Positions 40,801 to 56,078 of a DNA stretch of 64,000 nucleotides are shown piece after piece. The translations under genes and the position numbers were made by a program. Below the pieces are notes generated by a model. It was not told the origin of the DNA and did not search any database. It saw nothing but the letters and a program-made list of their open reading frames with translations. Source of the DNA: Chrysomallon squamiferum (Eukaryota; Animalia; Mollusca); contig CM022679.1 of NCBI GenBank assembly GCA_012295275.1, positions 5,518,001 to 5,582,000 on the forward strand, written 5' to 3'. Position 1 is the stretch's first letter. Every line of letters begins with the position of its first letter.

Positions 40801-43800
40801 AAAAGTAAATAAATAAATGTTATTAATTTTTATTATTTTATTTTATTTTATCTGTCCAACTAATTATTACTGTTGTTGTTGTTGTTTTTACAGGCTGAGC
40901 ATCCCTTAACCATAAATTCCAAAAATTGAAAATATTTGAAATCCCCAAACGTTTTGGATCAGCCAAACTAGCTTAAAGTTTTCAAATTATCCTCTAAATA
41001 ATCTTTAAAATTTTATTTTATTTACATATAACACAGATATTAATGAAACGTTTGAAAACCCTGAACAAGAATTATTTCTCTGGGCTGTTTTCTTCAACCG
41101 CAGGAAAATGGCTGCACTGTTCTGGCAGCTTGGAAAAGACCAGCTAGGTAACAGAAACCTAAAATATTATTATACTTTAAAATATTTATCATTTGTGTGA
41201 TAATATGAAATAAAAATAAATTGATTTGATATTAAACTACTGTGATTACATTTTTTTTAAAGAAATATTGTTTTTTTTGTTTGATATTGTTGTGGTAGAT
41301 GATGTCACTGCTGATATTTGTGTTGTTGTTTTTTTGTTTGTTTTTTCTTTTGGTGGGAGATGTTGCTTTGTTATGTTTATTATTTATTGTATCTTAGTAC
41401 AATAACAGTCACCCAAGAAGTGATAGATCCACAGATCAAATCTTCTCTCATCTCACTTCATTAGTTCTATTCAATCTTGTTCCTGGTTTTTAGTGTTTCT
41501 AAGTTTACGCTACATGCTTCTGTATTAAACTTAATTATAATCTTGTGTTGTTTCAGGAGCAGGGCTGATTGCCTCTGCCCTGCTGAAATCTCTGTCTGAA
41601 CAAGCTGAAATTAAAGAAGAATTGGAACTTAGTAGAAATCTGGCAAGTCATGCAGAGTAAGTAATCATTTCACTAATATTTGGTATGTTTGATTAATGTT
41701 CCATTGAAAGAAATTTGTAAATATAAATCTCTTACCCATATACTTTGTGAGTTTGCATTTTCTAATTAATGTTCTACTGAAAGAAATTTTTTAACGTATT
41801 TCTGTTATCCACATGGCTTGACCAACAGTGAGCAATATGTTTTGCATTCATTCCACTCAGTTGATCAGTAAAGTTCAGACAAATGTTGACCTGGTCAAAG
41901 GAGATCTAAAGAAAACTCCCAAATTAAAAAATATAACAATAGTTAGGCCATGAAGCTAACTGCTAAAGATATCATGCATAGATAGAAAGACAAATACTTT
42001 ACAAGTTATAATAGACTGTCTGTGAATAGTACAATGTTGTGTCATAAACTTATTGTCACAGGGATTCCCCTAAGTTTAAATATATATCTGTCTCAGGCAG
42101 GTCACTTAACTGCATTGGCTTAGTTGTAGAGGTATCCATATGGGATCTATGAATGCAGTGTATTATATATAAATAGATATTGCCTTTGGATTCAAGTCCT
42201 GATTCACATCACAGACCATACTGGCTTATTTTTTCTGAGGCAACCTCAATAAAACAATCAACTGGACATTATCATATTTTCTTTTAAAACAGTCTCCGAT
42301 GAGATGGTTTTCCCCATTACAGTAAGTGCATTATGGCTGAAAAGGTCATGCATTTGCTGATAATGACAATTTAGCCTTATTCTGCCCACCAAATGCCTTC
42401 CTTGCCTGACTAGCTGACCAACTACATGAAACTCCCCGATAGTTATTTTCCCAGGAAAAAGTTGGTTGAAAATTCTTCAGCTCCCTTTGTTGTGTAGAAC
42501 TATCCGTACTGCCTGCTTTGTGAATTAAAACTTGTAATTTCGACTAATTCGGCCTTACATGTCCACCTTATGTGCTCTACACTAAGCGCATGCAGCAAAT
42601 TCTTATCCATGTTTATATATATATTTATAGCATACATATTCACTGTAGTGAACAATGTTGTTTAGGTCTAGTGAATTGCAAAGAAAATTTATAAAGCCCC
42701 CAATTATAAATCACATTTCAAATAGGTATGTCTCTGTTTCAGACCAAGTCCCCAATTTGGCTTGCTGTAGGGGTATCTGATATGGGATCTATGTATGCAA
42801 AAAAAAACTATATTCGCACTAGCATTGAACATTCAATAAAGTAGTAAAGTCTGATTTAGATGAATAGAAATATTGTAATCTGTCATATCAATCACATACA
42901 GGTGAAAACAGCAAATATATATATAACTAGTTACCAAGTGTGTTCAGGGGACAGTGACCACTCCACATGAATCATTCCACAGTTCTCCCCCTAACAAACA
43001 AATCTCTGGACTTTTATAAGAAAGAAAAGGAGCTTGTGTTATTTGGCAACTTCTTATGAACCTTGCTGCTAGATATCTGTTGCTAATCATTTTGCAAAAC
43101 AATAACTTATAACCACTACCATTTCCAAGGTGATAATTTTGTTGATTCGGCAGATCAAATCATCAGTCAGGATACAAGTGACATTTACAAGTGAAAGATT
43201 CTTCTGTCACAATTGTATTTGAAAATGAAAAAGAAAATCATGGAAAGCAAACGTTATCAAAGAAATACCTAAAAATATTTAATATAGGTTGCATGTTAAT
43301 GGAAAGATTTTCCGCAACAAGCCTACTTCGTAATAACAGTGATATTTGGCTATGCTATGTGCAGTGTTGTCAGGTACCACAAAACCAGAACCTGGAATAT
43401 TTATACTTGATTGTACGGGAAAACTGGAGAGTACTGAAAGTAAAGATATAAAATGGTATATATGAAGCAATAACAAATTAAGAAGGAAAAAATAGAAATA
43501 AAATGGATAAATGATGCTATGTTTTTATTCCAGGTCATTTGAAAGACGTAGTATAGAACTAGTCAGAGTGTTACCGTAGAGACAAAAAGATGTCACATCA
43601 GTTGTTAGTTCGAGAACTTCCATCGTGGGGAAACCTGATGTTGTTCAGTATTGCTGATACCTACAGCATGATGGACTTCATGGAACATTCTTCATGTCAA
43701 ACAAAAATTAACAGCATCTGGAAAGGTCAGATGGTGCCATATACTCCTGAACCATTGGTATGCTTATTAAATATCTCATATCTATAGATATCATAATTCA

Positions 43801-45687
43801 TAGCAAAACAGAAATGAAACGAGGTGATGTGAACTTTTTTGCATATAGTGACCAAATATGTCCACACAAAATTTAAACTTATTATATAATTATAATCTAA
43901 AATTTATTTCTGTTTTTTCTTATAAAAATAAATACCACCCTTTTCTTTCTAAATTCCAGTTGTTGAGATATTCTCATCCTTCTTCCTCTCTTTATAAGTA
44001 ATTATTCAGTTTGATCTTTCTTTTTATAATGATTCTGCTCCTTCAGAGATTTTTTTCCTTGTTACAGATCCTCCTTTGTATTTTCCTTCCTATATTCCTT
44101 CCTTTGATCAAATTCACTTCCAATGACAATCCTATTACCATCACCAAGAGATGGATTTGTAGTAACAAGGTTGGTGTTGAGAACACATCTGCTGCATCTG
44201 GCCCTCCAGTGACAAAAAATGAAGAATACAAAGTGAATCTATTTAACAACGATAAAAGTATCAACATTGTTTCTCCTGGAATATATTTCTATTTTGCCCC
44301 AGTCACTAAATTTTTCTTCAACGTGGTAGGTGTTAGGAATGGTGGTACATTCATATAAAATTGTCTGCTGTTTGTCAAAATATTAAAGAAGCTGTTTTAT
44401 TTTGAGAAATAATTATAATCCTTCTAAATTTATTGGTAATAAATTCCATTTTTTATTTTATGGTTTTTCTTCCTTATCGGATTTTTATTTTGTCTGTACC
44501 GTCGTAATTTTTACTTTTAAATAATTCAGATTTACCCACATTTTTTTGTTTGTCAAACTCCATCTCTCTTGGTTTATCATTTTACTCTGTCTCTCTTTAT
44601 GTAATGTTTTTGAAATCAGTGCAGACAAACAAAAATAATATTTCTGTTACTTTTTTCAGCTGTCCTACGTTGTGTTCCTAGCCATTTTCAGCTACTTCAT
44701 CTTGGTGGATCTCCGACCTGTGGGAGAGCCACTGTCTCCATCCAAGTGGGAAATTATTGCATGGATCTGGATTGCTACCATGATCATTGAAGAAATAAGA
44801 CAGGTGTGCGATCATTTATCTTAGATTAATTTAATCTTAATGAATGTCTGCTAAGGCTCAAAAAATAAACTATATCATTTTCTATGTTATCATTTTGTTT
44901 CTTAGTTACTCTGAAACTGTTCAAAGCAAATATTCTAAATGTTGCTGTTTTATATTCCTGTTGTGTGTGTGTGTTTTAAATATTATTCTGCAGAGAGGTC
45001 TTCATCAAATAGAAAATATTTTATTTCTTTCTGAATGTGATATATTTTAAATTTTTCTAGATTTTTATATATAATACATGAAATACAAGACATTTTATTT
45101 TTTGGTCTCCAATGAGTTGTTCCACTTTTTTCTAGATTTTTGTCCTGAATGAGCTCTCCTTCTGATATAGATATATTACATTTTCCTCGATTTTTGTATC
45201 TTATAAACATTCCATCAAATATGAGATTTTTAATTTCTTATTTTTCTTCAAGATAAAATTTCTTTTCTACATATTTTCCATCACTTCTGTGCACCAAATG
45301 CAAGATATATATGTGGACATTTATTTTTTCCTTCAGGTTCTTAACCGCAGTGAGGATTCCATCAGATACAAGATTCAGAACTGGTTTTCTAACATGTGGA
45401 ACCAGTTTGACCTACTCATGTACAGCATGTTGATTCTGTGCATCATTCTGCGTTGCCGTCTAATTACCTCAAACTTTACCTGGGCTCGCAGAATGTATAG
45501 TCTGACACTGATCTTGTTTTATTTTAGATCCATGCAGTTCCTTCTTGCAGCAAGAAATATAGGGCCTAAAGTGATCATGATATATAGAATGGTAACGTAG
45601 AGATTAAATTCAAACAATTCATCTGGAACATAATCACGGTTGTTGAAGATTTTGTTTCTTTTATTTTGTATTTTTTTTTTATTCATC

Positions 45688-45729
<42 letters not shown>

Positions 45730-47985
45730 TCTTTGTTGTTGTTGGTGTGTTACTATTTTATTAATATTATTATTTTTATTTTTATTATTGTAGCTTAATC
45801 TAATTCTTTTATTGATAACATGATCATTTTATAATCATGATCACAACATGTATTTCTTAGAATTAGTTTATTTTTATTTTTTTATTATTAGTACAAAATT
45901 GTAATAATCACTGTCATGAATTTTATGTTTATTTTTGTCTATTTGTTTTATTTATGAATACATACATTTGCAGATGTTATTTAATAATCTTTTATTAACT
46001 TATTTTTCAGCTCACTGATCTGATGTATTTCTTCTACATCTTCCTTGTGTTTGTGGTCAGTTTTGGTGTTGCTTACCACATCAACATGTACCCAAATTCA
46101 CCATTGACGTGGACGATTCTCAAAGATGTGTTAATGATGCCCTACTTACAGATGTATGGTGAACTTTACCTAGAACATGTGAAAGGTAATTATTTTATTT
46201 TCACTAGAGTTATTAGAGAAATCTTTCCAGTTAGAATCTAACAATGATGACTGAATGAGCCAGAGATAATAAATTTCAATTACAGCACTGTCTGAAAAAA
46301 AAAAAAATGTTTTGCTTAAGTTTCTGTTTCAATATAATTCGTGATTTGATATCAAATTAAAAGTAATTTTCTGAAATTTCATTCTCATTTATATAGAATC
46401 AGTACTTGGAGTTGCAATTAGAATTTTTTTCAAATAAAAAATGTATTACCATAGCATCGGCTTTTCTTAATCTGGAAAGATGTTTGTAAAACTGACAAGT
46501 CTTTATTCAGAGGACTGTAATACATGTTAGCAATTACAAATATGTGACATTTCAGAACATCGAGATTTGAAACCAGTTACTTAACACTCAAGAAGTACTT
46601 CCAGATCACTTGTTTACTTTATCTGCCTACATATTATGATAACAAACACCAGTCTGTACAAGGAACCATTTAAGTATTTACTGATTTATTTGTACTTATT
46701 TACTTTATTTCTTTACTTTATTCACATAATATTTAAGTATTAACTTACTCATTTGTACTTGTTTATTTATTTGTTTGTTATTCAGGTGAAGAAATATCAG
46801 GCTGTACACATGACCAGAATATTTGGCAGTATGATCCTGATCGGCGATGTCCAGAAGCCGATGGTCTGAGCTTTCTGTTGTTGTCTGTGTACTTGCTGCT
46901 GACAAACATTCTCCTTGTCAGTCTTGTCATTGCCATGTTCAGGTTAGTCAAAGATTTTAAAGTCACATTGTAATGTTATTACAGAGGTATGGTAACGATA
47001 TGACAGATATTTGTTAAACTATAGCTTTTTTTTTGTTTTGTTTTTTACTAGTAACAATTTGAATGAAGGTATGAATGTATAATATGAGTACATTTCGTAT
47101 ACTTCTATATTATTATTGTTTGAAATTCAAATGCACACCTTACAGCACAATAAATAAATTATTACAATATAATAACAAGCATACTTCTCCTGTTTTTAAC
47201 ATTATCAAAAATCCACTTACTCACTTGGTAGAATACCATTATTTTTCAATGACTAATTTCTATCAGTTGCTGGTTTTCTTTTGTTATTTTCTTTCCTTCT
47301 TTCTTTCTTTCTTTCTTTATTTATTCATTTTAACATTTCTATTTAAGCAAAGATATAAAGAAGAAAAGAAAATGTCAGCCTCCATGCATCTTCAAGAGTT
47401 TATTTTAATTTGTTAACATAACTCTGTTTTTACCTTTAATTGTTTTTTTCCAGTTACACATTTCAGTCAGTTCAAGAAAAATCAAGGAAAGTATGGCGAT
47501 TCTATCGCCTCTCTCTCATAACTGAATACCAAGATTGCCCCACTCTCGCTCCTCCTTTTATCCTTGTAGACCATGTGTTCCAAATTATTAGATGGATACC
47601 ATGCATGATACGTAAGCGCTGTTTCAGATCAAATGCTGATAGTTAGTACTTTTTTATATAACTCATAGTAAAGCACTAGTCAGTAATAAAAATATTGTGA
47701 ATTTGTGAAATGTAAAATAATATTGAAAATATGTCTGTTGCAATTACCACTCAAGATATATATTTCAAATGTTATTAATCAGCCAAAGTGTTCTTTCTGT
47801 GCATCAGAGATATTGTTTTGTTTTCAACTATTACAGATATACAAGAAGTATTTTCTTTTCTGAATATAGATATTTAATTATGATTCAGAAAATGAGTAAA
47901 ACAATTGTTTTATTTTGTCTGTGCTGACAAACAATACCATCATAAACACCAACAAAAAACAAAAAAAACAAAAACAAAACAATAA

Positions 47986-48016
<31 letters not shown>

Positions 48017-49285
48017 CAATAAATTAATAAAAAAAAATGAATTTAAAATATAATAATTGTAAAATATAAATAACAGAAAAAATGAAAAATGAATTACGGT
48101 AATGTGAATTAAATAGTAAAAATATTTTGATAAAGAGATTTAGCTTCTCCAAATGATTATTTTGTTCATAAGGAGACCACTGCTAACAGTAATTATAACA
48201 GATTTGCAGAGATTTATCAACTCTTTTTCTTTTTTACTTTTTTTGTTCTCATGTGTTCATTACATGGTGAACCAGTAATTGTGTTAAACTGTTGTTGTTG
48301 TTTTTCTTCTAGACAAGAAGAATGAAGACCTTGAATGTCTGAATGAATTTGAGAAAGTATCTACAAACCATTACCTGTCTCATACTAATCTGAATGAAAT
48401 AAATAAACATGATATGTCAATGAGCACAACAGTAGATCGGTAATTTTAATATTTAGTAGAATTTTGCTGGATTTTTAAAAATATTGTTCAGTGCACTGAG
48501 GATTACAATCATTTGGCTTCTTCCATCAGTATTCTTAGTGTGCATGTCTGTGAGTGTTCTACAATCATCATATGTGATTACAAAATTTAATAACTTGATA
48601 AATTTATAAAACATCAGGTACTGACCAGATATAAAGCCTTTTTGGAGAGAAGTGTATTTACTTAGATAAATTACTTGTGAAGTATAATGTTCAGAGTTAC
48701 TTCTTTAATATATAACAGGTGGTTTTAATGCTAAAACACTTATTTTGAAAACAGTTTTCATTCAAAAAATAACAAAGAAATCTCCATTTCAGTTAGTCTT
48801 GTATGATTGATGTTTCAGAAAGCTGTCGTAATGTTACCTTGCTAGTGTAATATTGTTTTCACATATTGTTGTATTCTCTTATATTAAGAATATGTTGAAG
48901 TACATTTCACATAAGACTGCATTTTTTTCACAGTGCCTGGACAACCTGTCACAATTTTTATCTTCCTTTTCTTTTTAGTTTCCTATCTCTTGTCAAAATA
49001 ATATAAAACCGTGTGTATCTGTGTATGTGTGTGTGTGTGTGTGAGCATCCACACATTTATATTTATTTATATTTTGCTTTTAGTTCAATATGAATATAAA
49101 TTGTATAGGGATGTGCGTGTGTTGCTACTTATTTTTATTCCATTTTCAGATCAGTATCAGATGAGAGAGTAAATAACTTGTCAGAAGAGTCTAATGACAT
49201 CAGTCAGATTAAAAACATGCTCCAGTTGTTGGTTAATGAGAGACAGCAAACACAAATATCGCATGATAGAGATACAGATGCTTAA
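31954..49285 (+). CDS. TRPM2-like: TRPM2-like channel, tandem copy 2, complete through the coiled coil, no NUDT9-H domain; one 2-nt frameshift at ~43561
   Basis: Exons ~31954 (MSTKTK, putative start), 32728 (FVQREC), 33141 (CQCGR..H), 33775, 34535, 35131, 35990, 36674, 37120, 38552, 39013, 39487, 39920, 41037, 41557, 43534 (frameshift), 44068, 44660 (EEIRQ), 45337 (WNQFD, GPKVIMI), 46011 (PYLQMYGEL), 46786 (S6), 47454 (VWRFYR), 48313, 49150-49285 (..SQIKNMLQLLVNERQQ..DTDA*). Confidence 0.9.
41960..43376. mobile_element. ~1.4 kb intronic insertion specific to copy 2, probably degraded TE-derived sequence
   Basis: Copy 1 reads gccacgaaactaaccacaaaaccag contiguously (~17631-17655). In copy 2 the same words are separated by ~1.4 kb of higher-complexity sequence. 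Identity of the insert is not established. Confidence 0.5.
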
Positions 49286-51933
49286 TCCTTTTTACAGAGT
49301 GTACTGATGATGTATGAAAACCGTTTTTATCACAAGGTTTGTCATTGATGTCTTAAAAAGAATTAACTGACTGTGTGATCAGTTCAAGTAACTGATTATT
49401 TTATTCTTTGTGTTCAGACTTTGCTAATGATTATATACAATTAATTGTTTATAAGATTGCAAACAGTCTGACAGTCTCTTTTATGTCAATTAGTAAACAG
49501 AAATGAAAATGTATTTCAACGAAGCTAAATCTTCTGTTTAACAGGGATTTTTCTATTCTTCTCTCCATCAAATGAGATCATAAAATCAAAAAAAATGATT
49601 CCTTCATCATTTTAAATTATTTGTTAGTAGTAAAGATTTGTACCTGAAACATAAGACAGTAACTCTTTAGTGTACAAAATATATTTAAATAATTTTATTA
49701 CTTTGCTTAATGATAAGAAAAGATAGGTGACAAAAATAAAATAAGCAATCACTTAGAATGTATGCCGAATTTTGAACAAACTGTTTCTATCTCTACAATT
49801 ACAATTCAGTGTTTTTATAAAGTCCGTTAGTGATGTGCGAAGAATATTTTTACAAAATCCATAGGAAAATGAAAAGGAACAATATTATGGTATGATGAAG
49901 AATTGTGATTATAATGGATGATACTCATTGCATGACTCATATTAATTTGCTGAATGTTTTAACATTGACAGCCATCATTTATGATAGTATATCTAATTTT
50001 TATTACATGCAGACCTTTCCTGTTTTTCTAATATTTTTTTACTGAACTATTTAAATATTATTTTGTCAGTGAAACCCATTATATATGCAGATATTTTTAC
50101 TCAGATCTTTAAAAACATTTTATTGTTATTTTTTGTTTTCTTATTGTACATGCTTACATGATAAATTATTTTTTAGATGAAGATAACAGAAATCTGTTAT
50201 TATTAAAAAAAAAAAAAAATTAATATCACTGAAATGTTTATTTTGCTAGATTGTTTTGGAAGAACAAACATTTGTTGTTATTTATTAATTTATTATTTGA
50301 TTTGATATTTCAAAAGGTTTTTTTTTTAGATGATAGAAATTTGTTGTTCTTTATTTAATACAGTTGGGAAGAATTTTATGATAACTTTTTACTAATGTTT
50401 TAATTTTTAGAACAATTTCTCATTTGAATATTTTTTATAGTGGTTTTAAAAATATAGTTTTTAAATTGTTATAAAAAAATGTTTAAACCATAGTGCCTGT
50501 GATTATAACAGTATTTGATCTTTTACTTTATTGTTCCATTTAGAAATAGATAATCTTCTACATTTCTTGTACCATTCCTTTTATATTTCTTTGGCCTCTT
50601 CAGAAAGCATTTGTTTCTAAAATATTAAGAAAGTGTATTTCAAAGGTTTGGTGCACTCATATCAATTAACCTGATTGTTTTTGAAAGATGATTTTTTTTT
50701 AATTATTTATTAGTTTACATATCCTAAAAATCCAACTTTCATGTGGTAAAATGTATTATATGGGATATTTATTTGTAACAAGATATGTATATAATTAATA
50801 GTAAGACATGAGTGTATAACACATAAATATATTTTTACAACCATTTTTGTAACTTTTTGAAAATAACTATTAATAACTTTACTTAGAATAGTTAACAGTC
50901 TGTGTGTGTATTTAATTCTAACACTGCCATTTGTATTGCATAAGACTAGCAAAACATAATCACCATATTTTATTTACATGGATTTGTGTTTCTGCATAAT
51001 ATAAAATGTATGAGAGCTAGAACAATACATAAGAATTTATAAAATGTTTATTTAAAAAAAAAAAAAATGGCATAATTGCTTTTAATTTGATTTTCTCAAT
51101 TTATAAATAAATAAAACTATTAGATTCACCAACATGAATTTTGGTGATAACATTTAATTAAAGATGGTGATTGTTTACTGTTTACATTTTCCTCTTATCA
51201 TTTAGCTCTCATGCCGTGATAAATGTTTTATAATTGTTCAAGGCAGACGTTTGTGTATATGTGTGTGCAATACATTGTAACAATCATTGTAATACTTGCA
51301 TTTATCTTTAATCCATCCTCTAAATATAATTTTGCCATATATTTTAGCATTTACAAAGTATATGCATAACTAATGATATCTTTTTGATTGGCGTGTTTTG
51401 TCGAATTTTAATATGAAAGCTTTTTAAAACAAAAATATATTTAAAAAAAAAAATTTCAATTACATAGTTTTGAAATAATGTTTTGTTTCATTCCATGTTT
51501 AACTGTTTGTTTAATTTATTTACACAGGTTTGTGTTTGTGATAATATGAGTTTTACAATGATATATAAATATTTAAAACATGATTCTTTTAGACGACAAC
51601 AGAAATGTGTTGTTATTTATTAATTTATATTTGAGTTGATATTTGAAAATGCTTACATGCTAGATTTTATTTTTTATTTTTTATTTTTTAAGATGATAGA
51701 AATTTGTTGTTCTTTATTAATTTATTTTAATAGAGTTTGGAGCAGTTTTATCATAACTTTTGATTAGTGTTTTATTGATTTTTAGCACAATTTCTCATTT
51801 GAATATTTTTGTTTTTATAGTGTTTATAAAAATATACTTTTTAAATTGTGTATAAAATTATTTTTAAACCATGGTGCCTCTGATTATAACAGTATTTGAT
51901 CTTTTACTTTTTTGTTCCATTTGATTTTGTTTA

Positions 51934-52005
<72 letters not shown>

Positions 52006-54579
52006 TAAATGACATAAAGAAGGAATATTTGGTTTTCTTGACAAAGTAATTTTGTGTTGAAAACGAGTATAAATATCTTTTAACAAACAAAACTATTAGA
52101 TCCACTGATATCAATTAACCTGATTGAATTTCAAAAAAGATTTTTTAATTTTTTTTTTTTTTTGCATATGGCATAATAATAATGCCTCTTAAAATCTAGC
52201 TCTCACAGTAAAATATATTATATGGAATACTCATCTGTAACCAAGATATATATATATATAATTAATAGTAAGATATGAGTGTACAACACATAAATATATT
52301 TTTAAAACCAACTATTTTTGTAAACAATTTATTTTAATATTTTTTGAATCATTCTAACACTGCTACTTGTACTGCATACAACTAGCATTTATATTCACCG
52401 TATTTTATTTACAGATTTGTGTTTGTGCATAATATAAAACATACGAGAGCTAGAAAGATATATAAGTATTTAGAAAATGTTTATTTAAAAAAATGACATA
52501 ATGAAGGAAAATGTGATTTTCGTAATTTATAAGTAAGTATTAGATTCACCAACATGAATTTTGGTGATAACATTTAATTAAAGATGGTGATTGTTTACTG
52601 TTTACATTTTCCTATTCAACATTTAGCTCTCATGCAGTGATAAATGTTTTATAATTGTGCAAGACAGAAGTGTGTGTGTACATTATAACAATCTTTGTAA
52701 TACTTGTATTTATCTTTAATCCGTCCTCTAAATATATTTTTTAACATATATTTTAGCATTTACAAAATATATAGATAACTAATGATATTTTATTATTTAA
52801 AAAAACATTTTTCAGTTACATAGTTTTGAAATATTTTGTTTCATTCCACGTTTAACTGTTTGTTTAATTTATTTATACAGGTTTGTGTTTGTGATAATAT
52901 GAGTTTTATAATGATTTATAAATAATTAAAAATTGATTCTTTTAGACGACAAATGTGTTGTTATTTATTCATTTATATTTGATTTGATATTTCATTCTGT
53001 GTTTAACTGTTTGTTATCACAATGGAGTTGAATGTAAATAAATAATGAATTGCTTTGAAAACTTTAGTGTGAAGCTTCTGAGACTTTAAATAAAAGCAGG
53101 AAAATAAAAGCAGGAACACATTTAATATTAATTTCACAATTTGTTCTCAGCAGTTTCTATGAACACATTTAGCATACAAAATAATTTAGACAAATTGTAG
53201 AAACATTTTCTTTTTTTTAAATTCAGAACATATTGGGATCTAAATCTATCAAGAAATTTCAACTTGTGCTCCTTTGTGTTTCTTTATCATATACTTTTAT
53301 TAATTTTAATTTTTTATATCTTAAGATATACAACATGACGTTATTGTAATGTTTTCATTTAATATTTATATTTAATATTATATACAGGTAGATTTTGCTG
53401 TCAAAATTTAGGAATTAAATAAAGGAACAAGCTAGATTTTTTACTTTCCACCTTATCAGGTAGATATCATATATGTATAGATAGACATTGGCCCATTAAC
53501 TATTTTGTACACCAAAACTGATCCGCATTTTAATATGATCTTAGTGTCATCAGATCCAGAGTAAAAGAATCTCAATAAGTAATTACCAAATGTATTGGAT
53601 TGCGTCCCTTTGAAAATATGACATTTGTCGCTTCGAATTACATTTATTTTGTTTAGGAAAAAGACATGTGAACTGCTGACCCCAAGAGTGCAAAGCAATG
53701 GCCCGACAGCCAGTCTAAATAAACGGGTGGCAGACTGCTGCAGTTACATATCATGGGTTTAATGCTTTGCTTACATCTGTTCATGTAGGGATTAGTGGTT
53801 CAATTCAATTCTTTATTATCGTAAGCTTTACACCTTATTCATACACAATATCAATAACAAAAAATGCAAGAAGTACAATGTGACAGTAGGATATAAAAGA
53901 AAAAACCTTTGGAGAATATAAATAATATAGTACATAAATTATGTACAACTAACCGAAATTTTTTCTACTTGGAATGCTTTAAACAAATATTTTCCCAAAT
54001 TACACAGTGATCTGATTTTCAATCTCATCCTCAAACTCACTACTGTTATATAATATAAATATTCTTTCTGCTCTCAATATTCCTCTATCTCTCAGTTTCA
54101 GCCGCCAGCTGATGTGAAGATAGCTTCACTTTTGTTAAGTATCTGTTATAGATCATTGGTTTAGATAAAACTAAATAAAACTGAATTATCATATACTTTT
54201 TGTTTAATTATACAAATACATTTTAATATTTTCATTGAACTGGTCGTTCTCTATCCATATGTATCCCAATCCCAATTCACATAATGTTTTCCTTATAAAA
54301 GTCACCCAATTATTTTTCAATAATATAAAATAAACATTTTTGTACTAACTAATTTCAACCAATATCTAATCATTTGATAAGTACGGACAAAAAAAAAAAA
54401 AATGGGAATCTACCCAATTTATTATAATTGTGGTTGACCCTTTAAGATTTAAAATATTTTTACAAAAATCTAACTGAATTTTCTCAAAAACACCTGCTTT
54501 TTGAAAAAATCATGTCTCACTACCATTAAACAGCACACTAGTTACATATGTATCAAAAAGTGACAGTAGAGAAATATAA

Positions 54580-54935
54580 TTTAACCAGTCTGATTATGTG
54601 CCCAGAGACTATTGTTGGATGATGCGAACAGAGAATGCACCATGTCTCTTAGAGAAACAGTGTCAAAAGAGTCATCTGGCAGCAGGGTCAAAGTGTTTGT
54701 GAATTGCAACTGTGAGGGGACAATGAAGTAGGAAAAAAAACACTGTAAATGTAATAAATAGAACACTACTTGATGTGTTTCGAAATAAATGTTTTCATGC
54801 ATCTGCAAGTTATTCTTTTTTAACGGTCATTTTGCTTAATGACTAGAAGTCTATTTCAGTTATTTGGTTTAATTCCTGGAAATTGTAGTCATTAGGCCAA
54901 ACACCTGATGGTCTTGGGTGTTAGGCCAAATGACT
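54580..54935 (+). mobile_element. Second copy of the Ginger2/KRBA2-like remnant (left arm deleted)
   Basis: ..RLLLDDANRECTMSLRETVSKESSGSRVKVFVNCNCEG.. followed by the right-arm repeat aattcctggaaattgtagtcattaggccaa; paralogous to 28140-28523. Confidence 0.6.
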
Positions 54936-56046
54936 AGTTTGATATATTGACTGTAACATATTTATACACATACGTGTGTGTGTGCGTGTGCGTGTATGGG
55001 TGGGTATATATACAGAGAATCAATTTTGACAAATATAAATTGAACTACTTTGAATTTGTATTTGTTCTAATAGTTAATGTGTTTAAATAAAATTAAAGAA
55101 AAATGCACCAAATCCATTCTGTTAATAAAAACAACTACTACTACAACAACAACTTCAGTTTGTTAGAAAAAAATTAACAGATTCACCCAATCTCATGGTT
55201 TAGAGGAGATGACTCTAAACTATCGAACGTTTAACGTAATGAATTATTTTCCTTACTCAATAAACTGAATGAATAAATGAGCTGGAATCACGAGTTTCCG
55301 TTTAATTATAAATCAAATGTGAAAATACGAATTTATGTATACGTAAACTGCCGCCCCTATCATCCTGCCGCCCTAGGCTCTATGAGAAATCCTGATCATA
55401 GGCAAACTGCGGGCTACCTAATTTCAGAAGGAAAATACCGTTAATTCAAATTTTATATAATCACATAATGAGTCTATTTTTTATCTACTAATATACTAAA
55501 ACACATGTAATTTTTGTTTTTATTCCAACAGTTCCTGAAGTAAATGAAAATGAAAAACTTCTTAAAGTAAACTCTACATAAAAACAGAAAATCGCCTACA
55601 TTAGTACCTGCAACCACCTGAGGATGAGCCATATCTTATGTGGCCTGCTTTACACCATTGAACTGGAGAGGAGAAATCGGGAATCACGAGTTATCGTTCC
55701 CGTTGGTCCACGCTACTGATGGAAACTATTCTAAGGTACAAGTTATAAGCGGATAGTAAGCTGCATGAGTTCATATTCTGATAATAATTATAATATGTGT
55801 GTGTGTGTGTGTGTGCCTGTGTGTTTTTAGCCACACACATACAACTGCGACGATCACCTTAATTAAATTATCGCTGCATTCATTGAGTAACTTCCTTCAA
55901 CAACACTGGAATAAAGGCAGCGAATAATAACAGCGAACAGTTTATCGCATGTCAGTTCTTTCAAACAAATATTTCCCTGTTTGAATAACAGTATAAATTC
56001 TAAGATACTAAACATATAGTTTTTTATATAAAATAAAGGACGCGTC

Positions 56047-56078
<32 letters not shown>

